In this document: piece by piece, positions 36,908 through 50,575 of the stretch
Position numbering within the stretch: the first letter of the stretch is position 1
How the letters are laid out: each line of letters opens with the position of its first letter
DNA from: Eledone cirrhosa
Lineage: Eukaryota
DNA length: 64,000 nucleotides
Reading direction: 5' to 3'
Assembly (NCBI GenBank): GCA_964016885.1
Contig: OZ024742.1
Coordinates: 276,396,001-276,460,000 of the forward strand
Notes under the pieces: model-generated
Database searches by the model: none
Seen by the model: the letters and a program-made list of their open reading frames with translations, nothing else
What the model was told of the DNA's origin: nothing
Position numbers and translations under genes: made by a program

Positions 36908-39015
36908 ACATCATCATCGTTTAACGTCCATCTTCCACGCTTGCATGGGTTTGGACAGGAATTTTCCCACTTGAGGCAAGATTGGTTGTCTTGCTCGTAT
37001 AGGACTGCCTGGCGGGTTTTCTATGGCTGGATGCCCTTCCTAACACCAACCATGTTTACAGTGTGGACTGGGAGGTTTTTACCGTGTTACCTACACGGCC
37101 ACATTACAGCATGGACTGTGTGTTTTTTTGTCGTGACACCTACACGACCTCATTTATTTCGGACTAGATGTTGTGGCACCAATATAACTTTACATCGAAA
37201 GGGGTGGTGTGGATGGGGTGGGGGTAGTGGGACGGGGGGTGTATTTTTGTTAAGAGGTGCCTACTGACTGTAGGTTTCGCTTTGTACTTAGGCAAGGCGG
37301 GTCTTCTGTATTACTGTGTAGCGCCAAAGATCTCAGTCCAGTGACATTGTCTTAGAGAGGTGTAAGTGTATGAGGTCGGAATTTATCAAGTCGTCCCAGG
37401 TTTTTCAGGGTCTGCCTACTCCGTGGCTACCGTCTATTTTTATCGCCCTGCATTTTTTTATACAGCTGTCGTCTTTCATGCGCCTCACATGACCATACCA
37501 ACGTAGTCTTCTCTCGAGTAAACAACATCTGATCCCTCTTATTCCTAATTTCTCCCTTATCTCATTTATGCTTTGCCGTTCACGTATATTACTATTACAC
37601 ATCCAACGGAGCATGCAAGCTTCGTTCCTCTCCAGTCTGCGTATATCCTCTGCACACAATGCCCAAGTCTCACTGCCATGTAACATTGCTGTTCGTATGC
37701 AGGCATCATACAGCCTGCCTTTCATTTTTAGAGAAAACCCTTTAGCGGCCAATAGTGGTATAAGCTCTCTGAACTTTTTCCATCCCGTTCTGACTCTAGC
37801 TACTGTACTTTCAGAGCACCCTCCACCACTGCTGATTTTGTCACCCAGGTAACGGAAGGTGTCCACTATTTCTATAGAACCATCTGTGCAATGGAATGAG
37901 TTAGTATTCTGTGGGCACTTGCTGCTACTTATTGCACCTGAGCACCGGCCACATATAAAATCTATATTCTTAGTTAGCTTACCTGTGATCCCACTACATT
38001 ATGCACCCATACTTTGCATTTGGGACATAAAATGGAGTTTCTGCCTACACCTTTCCTACACACTGAGCATGGCCATTTCCCAGATGGGACCAGTGCCATA
38101 TTTTCCTTCCTACAAACTAGAACTTTAGTCTTAGACAGGTTAATTTTAAGGCCTTTTGATTCTAGGCCATGCTTCCAATGTTTGGAATTTCTTCTCTAAT
38201 TCAGCCATTGATTCAGCTATGAGCGTTAGATCATCTGCATATAGGAGTTCCCATGGGCAGCCGGTCTTGAACTCCTCTGTTATAGCCTGAAGGGCAATAA
38301 TAAATAGTAGGGGGCTAAGGATGGAGCCCTGATGAACACCAACTTTTACGCTAAACACCTAGTTTTCTAAGAGCCCACCAGATAATGGAGCGGGGGACTC
38401 TGTCAAAGGCTTTCTACATGTCAACAAAAGCTAAGTATAGGGGTTTACTTTTAGCTAGGTACTTCTGTAGTTGTCGTGCAATGAAGAGCGTCTGTGGTAC
38501 TTTTACCTGACACAAACCCGAACTGCATTTCATCTAGATCGATTCGCTCTCTGATTAGTTGTGCTATTACTTTTTCTGTGACCTTCATGACCTGGTCAAT
38601 TAATTTAATGCCTCTATAGTTTCCCCTAGCTAGGGCATCTCCTTTACCCTTGTAGCAGTTAATGATGATGCTGCTACGCCAGTCCTTCGGAACGACCCCA
38701 TTCTGTATGACTTGGTTTACTATCCGGGTGACCATAGTGTGTCCCACCGTTCCAGATGCTTTCAGCATTTCAGCAACTATTTCTGAAGGCCCAGCCGCCT
38801 TGCCTGTCTTCATATCTTTGATCGCCTTACTTATTATACTACCTTCAACTTGCACTGCTGGTCCCTCTATTGGATCGATGTGGGGGAGACTGGCTTTCTC
38901 CCAATTATTCTCCTCATTTAGTAGCCTTTCGTAGTGACACTTCCAAGCTACCTTCTTATCAGCGTCAGTGATGGTAAGTACACCATCATCATTAAGGACA
39001 CACTTCTCCCCGACA
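36908..39015 (-). mobile_element. RTE-clade LINE (RT to 3' UTR)
   Basis: 'KAAGPSEIVAEMLK', 'YKGKGDALARGNYRGIKL', 'GVHQGSILSPLLF', 'LLYADDL' and 'RWYGHV'; (CAT)n tail. Confidence 0.92.
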
Positions 39016-39019
39016 TCTG

Positions 39020-40380
39020 GTATAATTTGGAGTACAATACAGGTGATTAAGGCGTGGCCCACCATCCCAGATGATTTCAACATGGGGCAAACTATTTTTC
39101 TCCCATGCATTCACTTCATTCAGTATTCTTTCACAGAGGCACTTCCATGCTATTTTCTTTTTCAGTGTCAGTAGGAGCAAGTATGCCATTATCATCTTAG
39201 ACACACTTCTCCCCCATCAATATCTCAATTTTCCAACACACTGCCTTGCAATCCTGAACACCTCACAACTTTGGTACTCACATTGCAGAACAAGCTTCAA
39301 TTTTTTATTTTCTGCTTCCCTTCTTGCAAAGTATACTTGTCAGCTAGCCTGCTGGTAGTGTTCTCTACTTCCCCCATTCTGCCATTCTTTCCATGCTTGT
39401 CTCTTAGCCTTAATTGTTTCATCCACCCTACATTTCTCCCACCAAGTCACTCTCCTCACTAGAGACCTGCTCCAACCACAGATTTTGTTTGTTACCTTCA
39501 GCAGATTATCTTCAAGAACATCCACTGCTCCTCTATATTGTATGTCTTTATTTGCTTTTCCTTACTGTCAAAAGTATCAAGCAACATACCTCTACATTTG
39601 TTACTGGTTGAGGGGTCCCTTAACTTCCACATTCTTCTCCTCCAGGCTGTTCTTTGTTGCCAAGTTCACCTAGACCTAACTATAAAGTTGCTAACTACTA
39701 GGTTATGTTGAGAGGTGCATTCCTCACAAGAGAGGGACTTTGTGCTTACAACCATCACTCTATCTCGTCTTCTCGTAGAGTAAAATCTATCTGGCTGGCA
39801 TGCCCACCTTATCTATAGGTGATCAAGTGATTGTCTGGGATTTTATTTTACAGATAGATAGATCATCAGAATTCTAGGAGCCCGAAACCTTCCTCGTTTC
39901 TTGTGCCAAACCTAAAACTTCCATGGACTTTGTAGAAGCCATCACAATGTTGCCCAACATGCCCATTAAAGTCACCTGAAATGATTATGAAGTCACCTTC
40001 GCTTATTTGGGAAGTAGTGTGCATTAGAGATTTGTAAAACCTGCCTTTAAGTTCATCTAACAGTCCACATTGAGGTGTGTATGCAGAAATGATTGTTACA
40101 GTTCTATTTAGGACTAGTCAAAGTTAAACGATTCTGTCAATCACTCTATTTACAACAATCACCTTATTTACCCATTTTTCTGCTAACAAATACCTACACC
40201 ACCCAGCCCGTTGTCATTGCCCACACAGAAAAATTTGTGACATCGTTTTTTGCCCACAAGGAATCTGGCTGACATTCCTGTTCATCTAGTCTCATGTACA
40301 CAGCACACATCAATTTTCTTTCGTTCTAGCATCACTACAATCTCTCCTGATCTTCCTTTCATCATGTCTACATTGTGATA
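39020..40380 (-). mobile_element. Degraded RTE LINE endonuclease/linker region
   Basis: Recognisable remnants of APE motifs (GDFxxxxGDFNGHVG, ISAYTPQCG) with many stops. Confidence 0.7.
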
Positions 40381-40719
40381 GACATTGAGTTAACAGTTAC
40401 AACATATTTGCACTACTGTAGTTTGATTTGTCTAGGTAGCTATGGTGGTGTGTGGGAGGGAAAATGCGAGATGAGCTATAGACACCAATTGTAATAGGAG
40501 TAGAGAAGAGCCATTAAAGAACGAAAAGAACCTTAATCAAAGTTATATGAGCTGAAGTGTAATGTAATTAATGGATCATATGAATAACTGGAAATAAAAT
40601 ATTTTTACATACTTTCAATTTTTCAAGTACACCAAATAAATGAGAATAGGGTTATATTTAGTCTTCATATATATATTTATTATATATATTCCCCCCTATA
40701 TACACACTTTCCACAACTG

Positions 40720-41285
40720 ATGCACCGCTCCTGACCAACCCAAGCATACAAGCATGGAAAGCCGGACGGCCAAAAGCTCTCAGTCCATCTTGTAAGGTAG
40801 TCATGTTGCTGACACATCATAAGCCCTTAGTCCACCATGTAAGGTGCTCATACTGGTGACATGACAAAGGAGCACCTAGTCCTCAGTGTAAGGTGGTTGT
40901 GTTGGTGATATGACAAATAAGCACTCAGTCCACCCTGTAATGTGGTCGTATTGGTGGCTCGACAGAAGGTCCCCGGGTCGTTCTGCAGTCGTCGGGTTGG
41001 TGATACGACAAAAGGCACCCAGACTGTACTATAAGGTGTTCATCTTGACGACAAAACGAAAGCATACAGCCCACACTGAAAAGTGGTCGTTTTGGTGCCA
41101 AGGTTAAAAGTATCCTATCCACGCTGTAAATGTGGTTGACATTAGGAAATATGCATCTAGCTGTAGAAACCAAGCCAGAAACAATTCTGTATGAGCAAGA
41201 CACGGTCATCTGATCTAACTTGTCTCACAACAGGAAAATTCGTCTAACCCACGTTAGCCTGGAAAAGTGGACGTTTAAGTCATGA
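40720..41285 (+). mobile_element. RTE 3' end with ~44-bp tandem repeat array
   Basis: About seven diverged units of AGTCCAC..TGTAAGGTGGTC..TTGGTG.CA.GACAAAA.GCAC; similar arrays at 11270-11390, 49190-49400 and 63280-63380. Confidence 0.65.
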
Positions 41286-42031
41286 TATATGGGGGGGGGG
41301 GGGTCAAAACTAGTTTAATGTCTTCATTTGATTACAATTGATTAGGCTTTTTTTGTTTCCTGGTTGATATTCGTTATCAAGATAAAATTCTAAAGTACAA
41401 ATTTCTGGATGGGTTTCACGTTTAGTCTACTATGATACAAACAAAAATAGAATTTAGTAAACGAAAACATTAACGATACTGAAAGTAAACTATTGAAAAA
41501 ATTAATTCTATTTTATTTTACATTTCATCAACATAATCATCAACATATTTTTTTAAATATATAATTTAATAGAGTTATGAGGAAAGAAAGTTGGGAGGAG
41601 GGCTCTAAATTGTAGCTATGCATAAATCCACAAATAGATTTGTTACAATTTCGTGAAGAAACTGAATATTACTTATTCCCCAAGTAAAACAAGAGATTAT
41701 GTACGGGTATATAATAATTTATATATGTATTTATTCTGATTAAGCAGTGACTTGGTCTGTAACGACCTGTCCATATCATGTCAGCGTGGATAAATGACGA
41801 TGGTGCTGATAGTTCATTTCTGTTGTTCTAATAATAACAACGAGTTTTTCTTTAAGCACAAGGCCAGTAATATTAGGAAGAGGAAGTCAATTATAACGAC
41901 CCAGGACTTAACTGGTACTTTTATTTTATCGAAGGTTGAAAGGCAAAGTTGATCTAGGCAGGATTTGAACACATAACATAAAAAGTCTTCACTAAATACC
42001 GCAAAATAATAATAATAAAATCTTTTCCTAC

Positions 42032-42377
42032 CTTCTTGGTGATTTTCAACGATAAAAATGGGCAATTCGTGAGAGATGGTAATTTTTTTACCTTTCGCGT
42101 GACCCACTAGCATACTTGCATTGTGTTTATTTACTTTCTTGTGTACACGGTTTTTCTTCTGGAGACGAAATACAGAACCAGAAGACTTACTGGATCTTAA
42201 AAGAGCAGCATAAACAACAACGACACAACATAGAACAAGAAGTAGAAAAAAAGATCCTACAGCTCGCCTTCGCAGGCGGCAAATTTTCATGTTACAAAAC
42301 ATGTATCTACACTGGGTTATGTGTCGGCAAAAAGAATTAGTAGCAGAATTTCTGCTGCTCTTATTTGATACAAGCAT
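42032..42377 (-). CDS. UPF0489/C5orf22-family protein, coding exon 1 with signal-anchor
   Basis: Basic 'RLRRR', then hydrophobic 'AVGSFFLLLVLCCVVVVYAALL', a Lys-rich stem and 'HELPIFIVENHQE' (C5orf22-like 'LPVWVVEDHQE'); donor GTAGGA at 42031. The start could instead be the ATG at 42302 or 42290. Confidence 0.8.
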
Positions 42378-43089
42378 ATAATTTTAGCGAGCAGTTTTTT
42401 CCCTTCAGCCGACGCTTCGATCGAAGAAGTAAAATTCATTGACAATTCAATACTAAAATCAATGCTCTAATAACAAGGCACCTAATAAATAGAACATGCG
42501 TATTGGTTTGGTTTGTTGTTATGAATAGGTATACACCCAATTAACAATGGTGACAGACGAATGACGGCATTTAGCCAGAAAACGTTTTACCTTTGCTAAT
42601 TCAAGTTTAACGACAGTTGTACACCGAATTGCCGTAAATCATCAATTCACCCGAAAAACACACGCATCGTTTTCTCTTATACATAGACCGTCTACTGAAC
42701 CAGCAGGTTGCTTCATTCATATTAATAGAGTAAGTAGAATTCAATTACGTGGCGTTCTTGCCCTTCGCAAAGGCTTACAAATCGTAAGAGAAATACTAGT
42801 TTCAACTGGGAAACGAAATAGAGTTTTGGATTAGTTAATTGGTTGTTTACATCTAAATTCAAACTATAACTAGTTTTGTTTCCTCATAACTTTCTTATTA
42901 ATGCATAGATTTTAGTTTTTATTTTCTAAGTAAAAAAACCTTTTTCTCTCCGTTTTTATCTGTCAGCTAAATATGTTTTATTAATAAAAATTTGAAAAAG
43001 ATCGTCAATAAATCTATTTCAAATAACAACACTACCGATATTTAAAAACGGAAAATGATGGGAAGGGCAATAGCTCTGCTCTAGGGGTC

Positions 43090-43400
43090 ACCGAAGAATG
43101 TGGGGGTGGGGGTGATGGGCTCTAGGCCTAGAGCGCGGCGGTGTTGGGATTGCGCCCCTCGGACAAGACCGCAAAAGCTTTTCCGCGGACAATCGCCAGC
43201 GACACCCGCTGCAACAGCCACCCCACCTCGCGGAGCTCCTTCCATAGAATGGCTGTTGACGCATCGATCTTGCTGAGAAGCTCGGCAGTACGGGGTCCAA
43301 GTACGCCTGAGGTCTTGACGGCGACCCGTACAAAGAGGAAGCAGCCGGACAATCCCCGGTATTTGTTGGTCTTCCTTTCCGAGGTTTGTTGCCGAAGATG
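43090..43400 (-). mobile_element. CRE-clade non-LTR retrotransposon 3' fragment (restriction-like endonuclease)
   Basis: 'FVRVAVKTSGVLGPR...LLQRVSLAIVRGKA'. Confidence 0.7.
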
Positions 43401-43550
43401 CGAAATTTCCAAAGATATATTTTCAAAGGTATAGATTACGAGAGTATTGATGAAATGTTTTTAAAATGTTTTGTACAAATGACAATGTTCAAGGACAAAA
43501 AATAAAAGAAAAAAAGCCTATGACATACTCTTGATTTATATTATTCATTA

Positions 43551-46510
43551 CACTGGTCAACAAAATTTTGCTTTTTTTCCTGCTGACTTAAGTTTGAGAC
43601 CTGTTCTTGAGTTATTTGGGGCCTCTGAGTTTAAAAATGACAATACTTTTTTTTCTATCACGTAGCTATGGTTTGGTCCATATTGGCCCCACCCATAACT
43701 ACAAGAGATATAGGTAATATTTTATGTTGACATTTTATTTTATCTATGTATTGAGACATATTTTTATCTATCTAGATACACCTAGATATAATATATAATA
43801 TATTAATATATCTATTATATAATATACAGGGTGTCCCAAAAAATTTGACATCATTTCGCAGACCAATAATTTTGGCAATTCTTGTTGAAATAACCTCAAA
43901 TTTTCACAGAATGTATAGAAACAGATCAAGATTTTATATTTAATCTTTTATATTTTTCTTTTTTCAGGTTGAGAAATGCCGTTCACTTCTAAAGAAAAGT
44001 CATTTTGCATCTTGGAATATGCTCGAACACAGTCACCCAAGACTGTGCAGCATGCCTTCAATGCAAAATTTGGAAAAAAGTCACCAACTGGCAAACAAAT
44101 TTGGACCTGGTACCAAAAATTTAAAGAGAAAGGCTGCTTATGCAGGGCTAAAGGATCTGGAAGACCATCATCAACATCAGAAGAGAAGGTTGAGCAAGTT
44201 CGTGAAAAACTCTTGCGAAGCCCCAAGAAGTCCGTAAGGAGAACAAGTTTGGAAACCCAGATTCCTTGAATGACGGTTTGGCGTATCCGGAGGAAACGAT
44301 TGGAAATGAAACCCTACCGTCTGCAGCTCGTTCAGGCTTTAAAAGCAGATGACAAGCGAAAACGTCAAGAATTCTGTGTTGACATGCTACAGAAACTTGA
44401 AGAAGACGAGTTCGACGAACGTCTAATTTTCAGTGATGAAGCCACATTTCATACGAATGGAAAAGTCAATAGGCACAATGTTCGCATTTGGGGTGTAGAA
44501 AATCCCCATACCACAATTGAACATGAGAGGGACTCGCCAAAAGTGAATGTGTTCTGTGCCATCTCCATCAACCAAATTCACGGCCCGTTTTTCTTTGACG
44601 AAAATGTGACCGGAGAGGGTTATCTGCCAATGCTTCGGAACTGGCTAATTGATGAGCTCATTGAAAGTGAACATGAGAACTTCATTTTTCAACAGGATGA
44701 GGCTCCACCCCACTGGAAGAAGACAGTATGTGCTTATCTCAATGAGAATCTGCCAGGCAGATAGATCGGGCGTGGTGGAGATGAAGACAGTTTGCTGATG
44801 AAATGGCCGCCGTGATCACCGGACCTGTCCCCGTGTGATTTCTTTTTATGGGAATATGTGAAGGGACTGGTCCATGTCCCCCTCTTCCTGCTAACATTGA
44901 TGAACTCAAGCAGAGAATCACTTCCGCACTGGATAATGTTATTGGAGACATGCTACAGTGTGTTTGGCAAGAGCTTGACTACCGACTTGACGTGTGCCGT
45001 GTCACAGGCGGTGCACATATTGAACACTTGTGAAATCGGTCGCAAAATTTGAGTGAATAAAATTGACGTTCAGCACCTAAACTGTTCAATTTCATTGAGC
45101 TAGACCTAGTAGTTTTCGAGATATTTGCTTTTAAAATGATGTCAAATTTTTTGGGACACCCTGTATTATACAATAGATATATTATATAATATATTATTTC
45201 TAATAATCACTTTCCCCCTTTTCAGATTGATTTTAAGAAATATCACAGGTGTTCAGTAGCATGGCTTCATTACAAAGAAAATGTTTGCATTCCCCTGACT
45301 CTTTTTGCTATATATGTGGTAGTTTTACAATACCAAGTCAAAGAAAGAACATTAATGAATTTGTGAAAAGAGCATACTTTGCTTACTTTAAGCTTAAAAT
45401 TGGTGATCAGGATAAATCGTGGACCACGCACAATGTATGTAAACCATGTGTCAAAAATATATGCCAATGGACAAAGGGCACAAGGAAACAACTAGCATTT
45501 GGCATTCCTATGGTATGGAGGGAACCAAAGAACCATGCAGAAGATTGCTACTTTTGTCTCACAAAGACTTCTGGTTATAGCAAGAAAACTCAACACAAAA
45601 TAAGTTACCCAAATCTAGATTCAACAATTCATCCCTTCACTCAGATGAAGTACCAGTACCCGTTTACATAGAATTACCTTCACTGGAAGATGAAAGTGAT
45701 ATATGTGTATCAGATGAAAATCATGAACATAAGAGTGATACAGACTTTGTAGATACAGCAACCAAGGAATGTAAAAAATTCAACCACGCAGAGCTGAATG
45801 ATTTAGTTAGAGACTTAGGCCTGTCAAATGAGTTATCAGAACTGTTAGCTTCTAGACTCAAAGAGAAGAATATGCTGCAGAAAGAAACAAATGTAGCTTT
45901 TTAGTGGAACAGGGAAAAAGATCTCTTATCATTCTTTAAAGCTGAAAAAGATTTTGTTTACTGTTGTGGCATGACAGGACTGTTAAAATCGATGGGTTCT
46001 CTACAGTATGATCCTCATGAATGGAGACTCTTTATAGATAGTTCAAAGAAGTGTCTAAAATGCGTATTACTCCATAATGGAAACTTATTAGGTGCAAGTC
46101 CTATTGGTCACTCTGTGCACTTAAAAGAGAAGCATGAAAACAAAAACTGTATTAGATTTACTCAAGTATGATGAACACTAATGGGACATATGTGTGGATC
46201 TGAAAATGGTCAACTTTTTACTTGGCCAACAAGGAGGGTATACAAAATATCCGTGTTTCCTGTGTTTATGGGATAGCCGAGTGAAAGACAAACATTGGGA
46301 ACAGAAGCACTGGCCAGTTAGAAAAAGGTTGACTGTTGGGGAGAATATCATACATCAACCACTTGTTGGGCAGGAGAAAATCATCTTCCCACCCCTTCAT
46401 ATTAAACTAGGACTAATGAAGCAGTTTGTCAAAGCTAGAGGGTGTAGAGGGCGACTGTTTCAAATTCATATGTACAACATTTCCTGGCCTAAGTTAGGAT
46501 AAAATAAAAA
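43551..46510 (+). mobile_element. Chapaev3-like DNA transposon, 3'-truncated, with decayed transposase (about 45260-46510)
   Basis: Left end TTA-CACTGGTCAACAAAA. Transposase motifs 'PDSFCYICG', 'GDQDKSW', 'PMVWREPKNH..DCYFC', 'WRLFIDSSK..LKCVLLHNGN', 'DLKMVNFLLGQQGGYTKYPCFLCLWDSR' and 'PPLHIKLGLMKQFVKA' occur across frameshifts. Confidence 0.8.
43827..45163 (+). mobile_element. Full-length Tc1/mariner element (rosa/Visitor-like, DD46D) with inactivated transposase 43976-45033
   Basis: Perfect 30-bp TIRs CAGGGTGTCCCAAAAAATTTGACATCATTT and TA TSDs; 'FSDEATFH', 'FQQDEAPPH' and 'WPP*SPDLSPCDFF'; three in-frame stops and one frameshift near 44880. Confidence 0.93.
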
Positions 46511-46539
46511 AGCATCCCCCCCCCCCCCGGGGGGGGGGG

Positions 46540-47450
46540 GTAGCACCAAGGCATACAACACACCAAAATACCCAAACCAAATCACTTTTTTAAAAAAGCA
46601 ACAACAGTGACAAACACAAGATCTACAGTAACAAAAAAAAAAGTGCACCACCAGAGAAAGATACAACAACGACAACCACAACAACTACAAGAGACACACC
46701 AAGGATAACAACAGCAGCAACATCAAGAATATCAACCACAACTCCATGAACCACTAAAAATAGACAAACTCCTCAACTACACAGAAGAGAATGAGGAGTT
46801 GATGAAGTTTGTGCAAACAAACAAAAGCAAATTTTTTACTTCAGACAAGGGCTTGGATGAAGCAACCCTCTCTACAACTTCACAAGGAAGAGTTTTAATG
46901 AGGATAATTTCTGAAGTGTATTGGTCCCTTAGAAAGCTTTTCCCCATAAAATATGGAAAACTTAAATTTTTTTTTAGTTTAAAGAATCTTGAAGGGCTCT
47001 GTAAAAGATGAACAGTTAGATGAAGTTCAGTGACCCACTAACATTTTTTAGGGAGTTTCTTTTCTTCCTCTTTTAATGGGGATATTCAGTATAGGCTACA
47101 TAAATGGATGTGGCTTGGGGATGGTGTGGAAACGGACACCTGCTGAACAACCTCATCATTATATCTGGACGTAGTAGCCATTAGTGAAACCAAGATGCAC
47201 TTGTTTGTTTCTGAACCACTATTACATGTAAGCCACTTTCAGTTGACCCAGATAGAGTAGTGTGATGGTGCTGTTTTGAAAAAGCTTAGACATAGGCATA
47301 AGAACCCTTTTTCTGGAACTGGATGGTAGGTTGGTGATCTTAGATGTCAATAGCAGTGAAGGTGACAATGGTGGCATGAGACTGGTGGATGTGTACGACC
47401 CAACAGTTGGGAGGGAGGAGGGTGTCCTCAAACTGAAGACCAGGCCTGAA
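46540..47450 (+). mobile_element. Degraded L1/Tx1-like 5' region and endonuclease remnant
   Basis: CA-rich low-complexity leader similar to 34200-35150; 'LDVVAISETK' and 'RLVDVY' APE-like remnants. Confidence 0.4.
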
Positions 47451-50274
47451 CAACAGATTAAGTCTACCATCAAATTAGGCCTTGGTAGCCCAGTATGTAG
47501 CAGGTCAGGTCAATCTTCTAATCTAAAACAGCTGCAGCCAAATCTTTCTGAAACCCTAACCTACTTGTTTTAAATGAAGAAAAAACATATTAGGTAATGT
47601 GGTCTTACATTACCTAGTATGATAATTGTTTCTACAATTAATAATAATTGTTAACTGGAATTCCTTTGATAATTGATCTATTCAAGCAGGGTTCATCTAG
47701 AGCAAAACAATAACCTTAATGTTAATACCTACACCACTCCCTCAGTAGCAGAGATGACAGTTATAAGACAATAATATTTAACTTTATTTCAATTCAGATT
47801 TCTCAATCACTGTTTTCTTAAAACTTTTGACACAACCTACTGCAAAACACCACAATTCTACGATGACAAACCTCTTGTTAAGTATTCCTATTTAAATATA
47901 ATAAAATGGTATTGTAGAATATCTTTGCTGAGTTATCTACCAAACGCCAGCTTATTAAAATGGATAACTATATTACTAAATCTCTTCAAATTGTTGATTA
48001 CAAAATTCATTGGAAAACATATGTGGTGTATTCCATTAGAAATATTGTAATGAAAGGGTTAATAAATATTACATTCTGTTGTTAACAGCCTCCTGACAAG
48101 ATCAACTAAATTAGTAAACTCCAATTTAATGTTAGAGTGCATTGAAGGTAATATCACATTAGCCAGTAACATTTACTAGTGAATTAGACAAGCTAATGAA
48201 AGAGACTGTACATGGTCACTTGATCTTCTAAAAACATCAGCCAAATCTCTCTCAACTCACACCATAACATTTTAAATACACGGAAGGCCACATCGAAAGA
48301 TTTATGTCTGAAAACAATATGGGGTGCTCATGGTTGGAATTCCTTTGATCATAATCATAGGCCTGCTCAACCAGGGCTGATGAAAAACTAAAAAAAACAT
48401 CAAAATAATGAGCATGGTCTCTACCTCAGATGTTTTCTCAAGCCACCCTTGTGTAGCATTAGTGACTTTAATGTAGATACCTTGAAGATCTCGGAAGGTT
48501 GACTTCAATTCAGGAACAGTATTTTAGAATTAGTGTCACTCTTTTACTAGAACAACTGGACAAAACAAAAAACTTAAAACCAAATAGTGAACAGCCTTGT
48601 TTTATTGATAACTACCCAGTCTCTTTGAAATTAAAGTGAAATGATGTATAGAAATGTTATTTCAATAGTGAGCATAACATTATCTAATGTTCCTTTGAAA
48701 TAGAATAAAGTGATATGAGTCACAATCTCAGTTGGCTCTGGCTGACAGTATCTGGAATGGAGCCCTTCAAAATGCTTGGTTAGTTTTCAGCCTGTATTGA
48801 GAAAGAAGGAGGGATGGTGAACAAGGCTAGCAAGCTTACTTCCATTAATAAAAATTACAACAGAAATGATAAACAGATACTTGGCCTGTGACAAGGCTGT
48901 AACTGTGGAATAGTAATCTCATTGGTCAATGCTACATTGGGAGAAAAAAGAATTAAAGAAAACATACCAAGTAATCCAGCTGTTGAACTGGTTTCTCAAT
49001 TTCCATATTTTAGAGAATAACTTACTGAAAGGAATTACTTAAAAATGATATCATCATCATTACCATTTAATGTCCATTTTTCTACGTTAGCATGAGTTAG
49101 ATGAGCAATGCCAGGTCAGGTGATCATGTCTTGCTCATACAGAACTGATTTTGGCTTCGTTTCTACAGCTGGATGCCCTTTCTAACAACAACCTCATTTA
49201 CAGTGAGTACTGGGTGCTTTTTGTCTGACACCTACATAACCACTTTACAGTGTGGTCTGGGTGCCTTTTGTCATGGCACCAAAACAACCACTTTGCAGTT
49301 TGGGCTGGGTGCTTTTTATTGTGTTGCCATCATAACCACTTTACAGTGTGAGCTGGGTGCTTTTTGTCATGTTGCCATCACGACCACTTTCAGTGTGGGC
49401 TGGAGGCCATCCTCATGAAAAACAAATCAAGTTATATTTGTCATTGACTAATATTTGTTCTTCATCACATTATTATTTACAATTAGCTTTGTAATGATCA
49501 CTATATTAAATACACTATCAATAATGTGACTATACACTTTTCTTGTTGATGGTGTCTTTGAAATATGCTAATTTTATGTTTATCTGCGTACAATATTGTG
49601 CATTGAATTAGTGATTGTTTCATCACTATTTCAACAAACGGCAATACTTTACTTTGTTAAGAAGGTTTAATAATACCGAAACTTTTCTGGAGTTGTCTCC
49701 TGTACTTACCAGAATAACAAAAATAACATTAGTCATTGACTGATATTATTTTTTCCTACTTGTATAATTAAATTATTTCTAATTAACTTTTTTAAGGCTC
49801 ACTAATTTCTTTATTTTCAACTGACTCTTATCTACGAAACGAGATGATACCTTGATAGGGCCATGAAAGCTAAGAGCCAGTCTTTGAAAATCTGGAAGCT
49901 GGAGTGCACCAGAGAAGTGGAGTATAGCCTTTTTTAAGTGCAGTCATTATTTACTTGTGGGAAGATTAACTATAATTCATTTAAGAACGTGGATTCTGTA
50001 TTATGAGATCTAAGGGAGATAACTTTTGTTATATTTTCTTTACAGAAAATAATCTGTTCATGAAAATTATTTCAGGGACACAGTTCTGTCTATTAGATAC
50101 AAATATGGTAGGTTATTTACCTATGTAATGCGGTGAGCTGAAAAACTTTGATTAACGCTACAATTAATTTGATTACCCATACAATTAATAAACAAAATCT
50201 CACTCGCTGCTTTTGAATTGACCAAATGTATATGGTATCACTCGATTCCCAACGACACCGAAAGTAAAGTTATG

Positions 50275-50575
50275 TACAAGGAGGCTTCAAAAAGTTCGGG
50301 GGAAAAGGACAGTTTGTTATGGTGTTTATTCTTCATCATATGCTCTAACTAGGTCAATACACTTCTGCAAGCGTTGATACCAGCCTTTAACTCCATCTGT
50401 GTAAAACTGAGGGCCATGCAATTTAAGCCATATCAAAGCGGCTTTTTTACATCAACTGGTAGGAAATGGGTACGTTTCAATGATTTTTTTTTTCAGGTTT
50501 GGAAACATTAAGTGGTCGGATGGCACTAAATCGGGACTGTAAGGTGGGTGTCGGATGATTACCCATTCGCGTGAC
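50275..50575 (-). mobile_element. mariner (DD34D-type) 3' fragment
   Basis: Minus strand encodes 'HPPYSPDLVPSD' and 'FYTDGVKGWYQRLQKCIDL...EE*'; ends with a TIR-like sequence followed by TA. Confidence 0.7.

Noticed and set aside
40780-41130. ~44-bp repeat array as a CRISPR-like array
   Set aside because: Units are contiguous and degenerate with no unique spacers, lie within an RTE 3' UTR, and the context is eukaryotic.
41814-42031. C-terminal part of the 187-aa ORF 41814-42377
   Set aside because: It is read-through past the splice donor into intron and SINE sequence.
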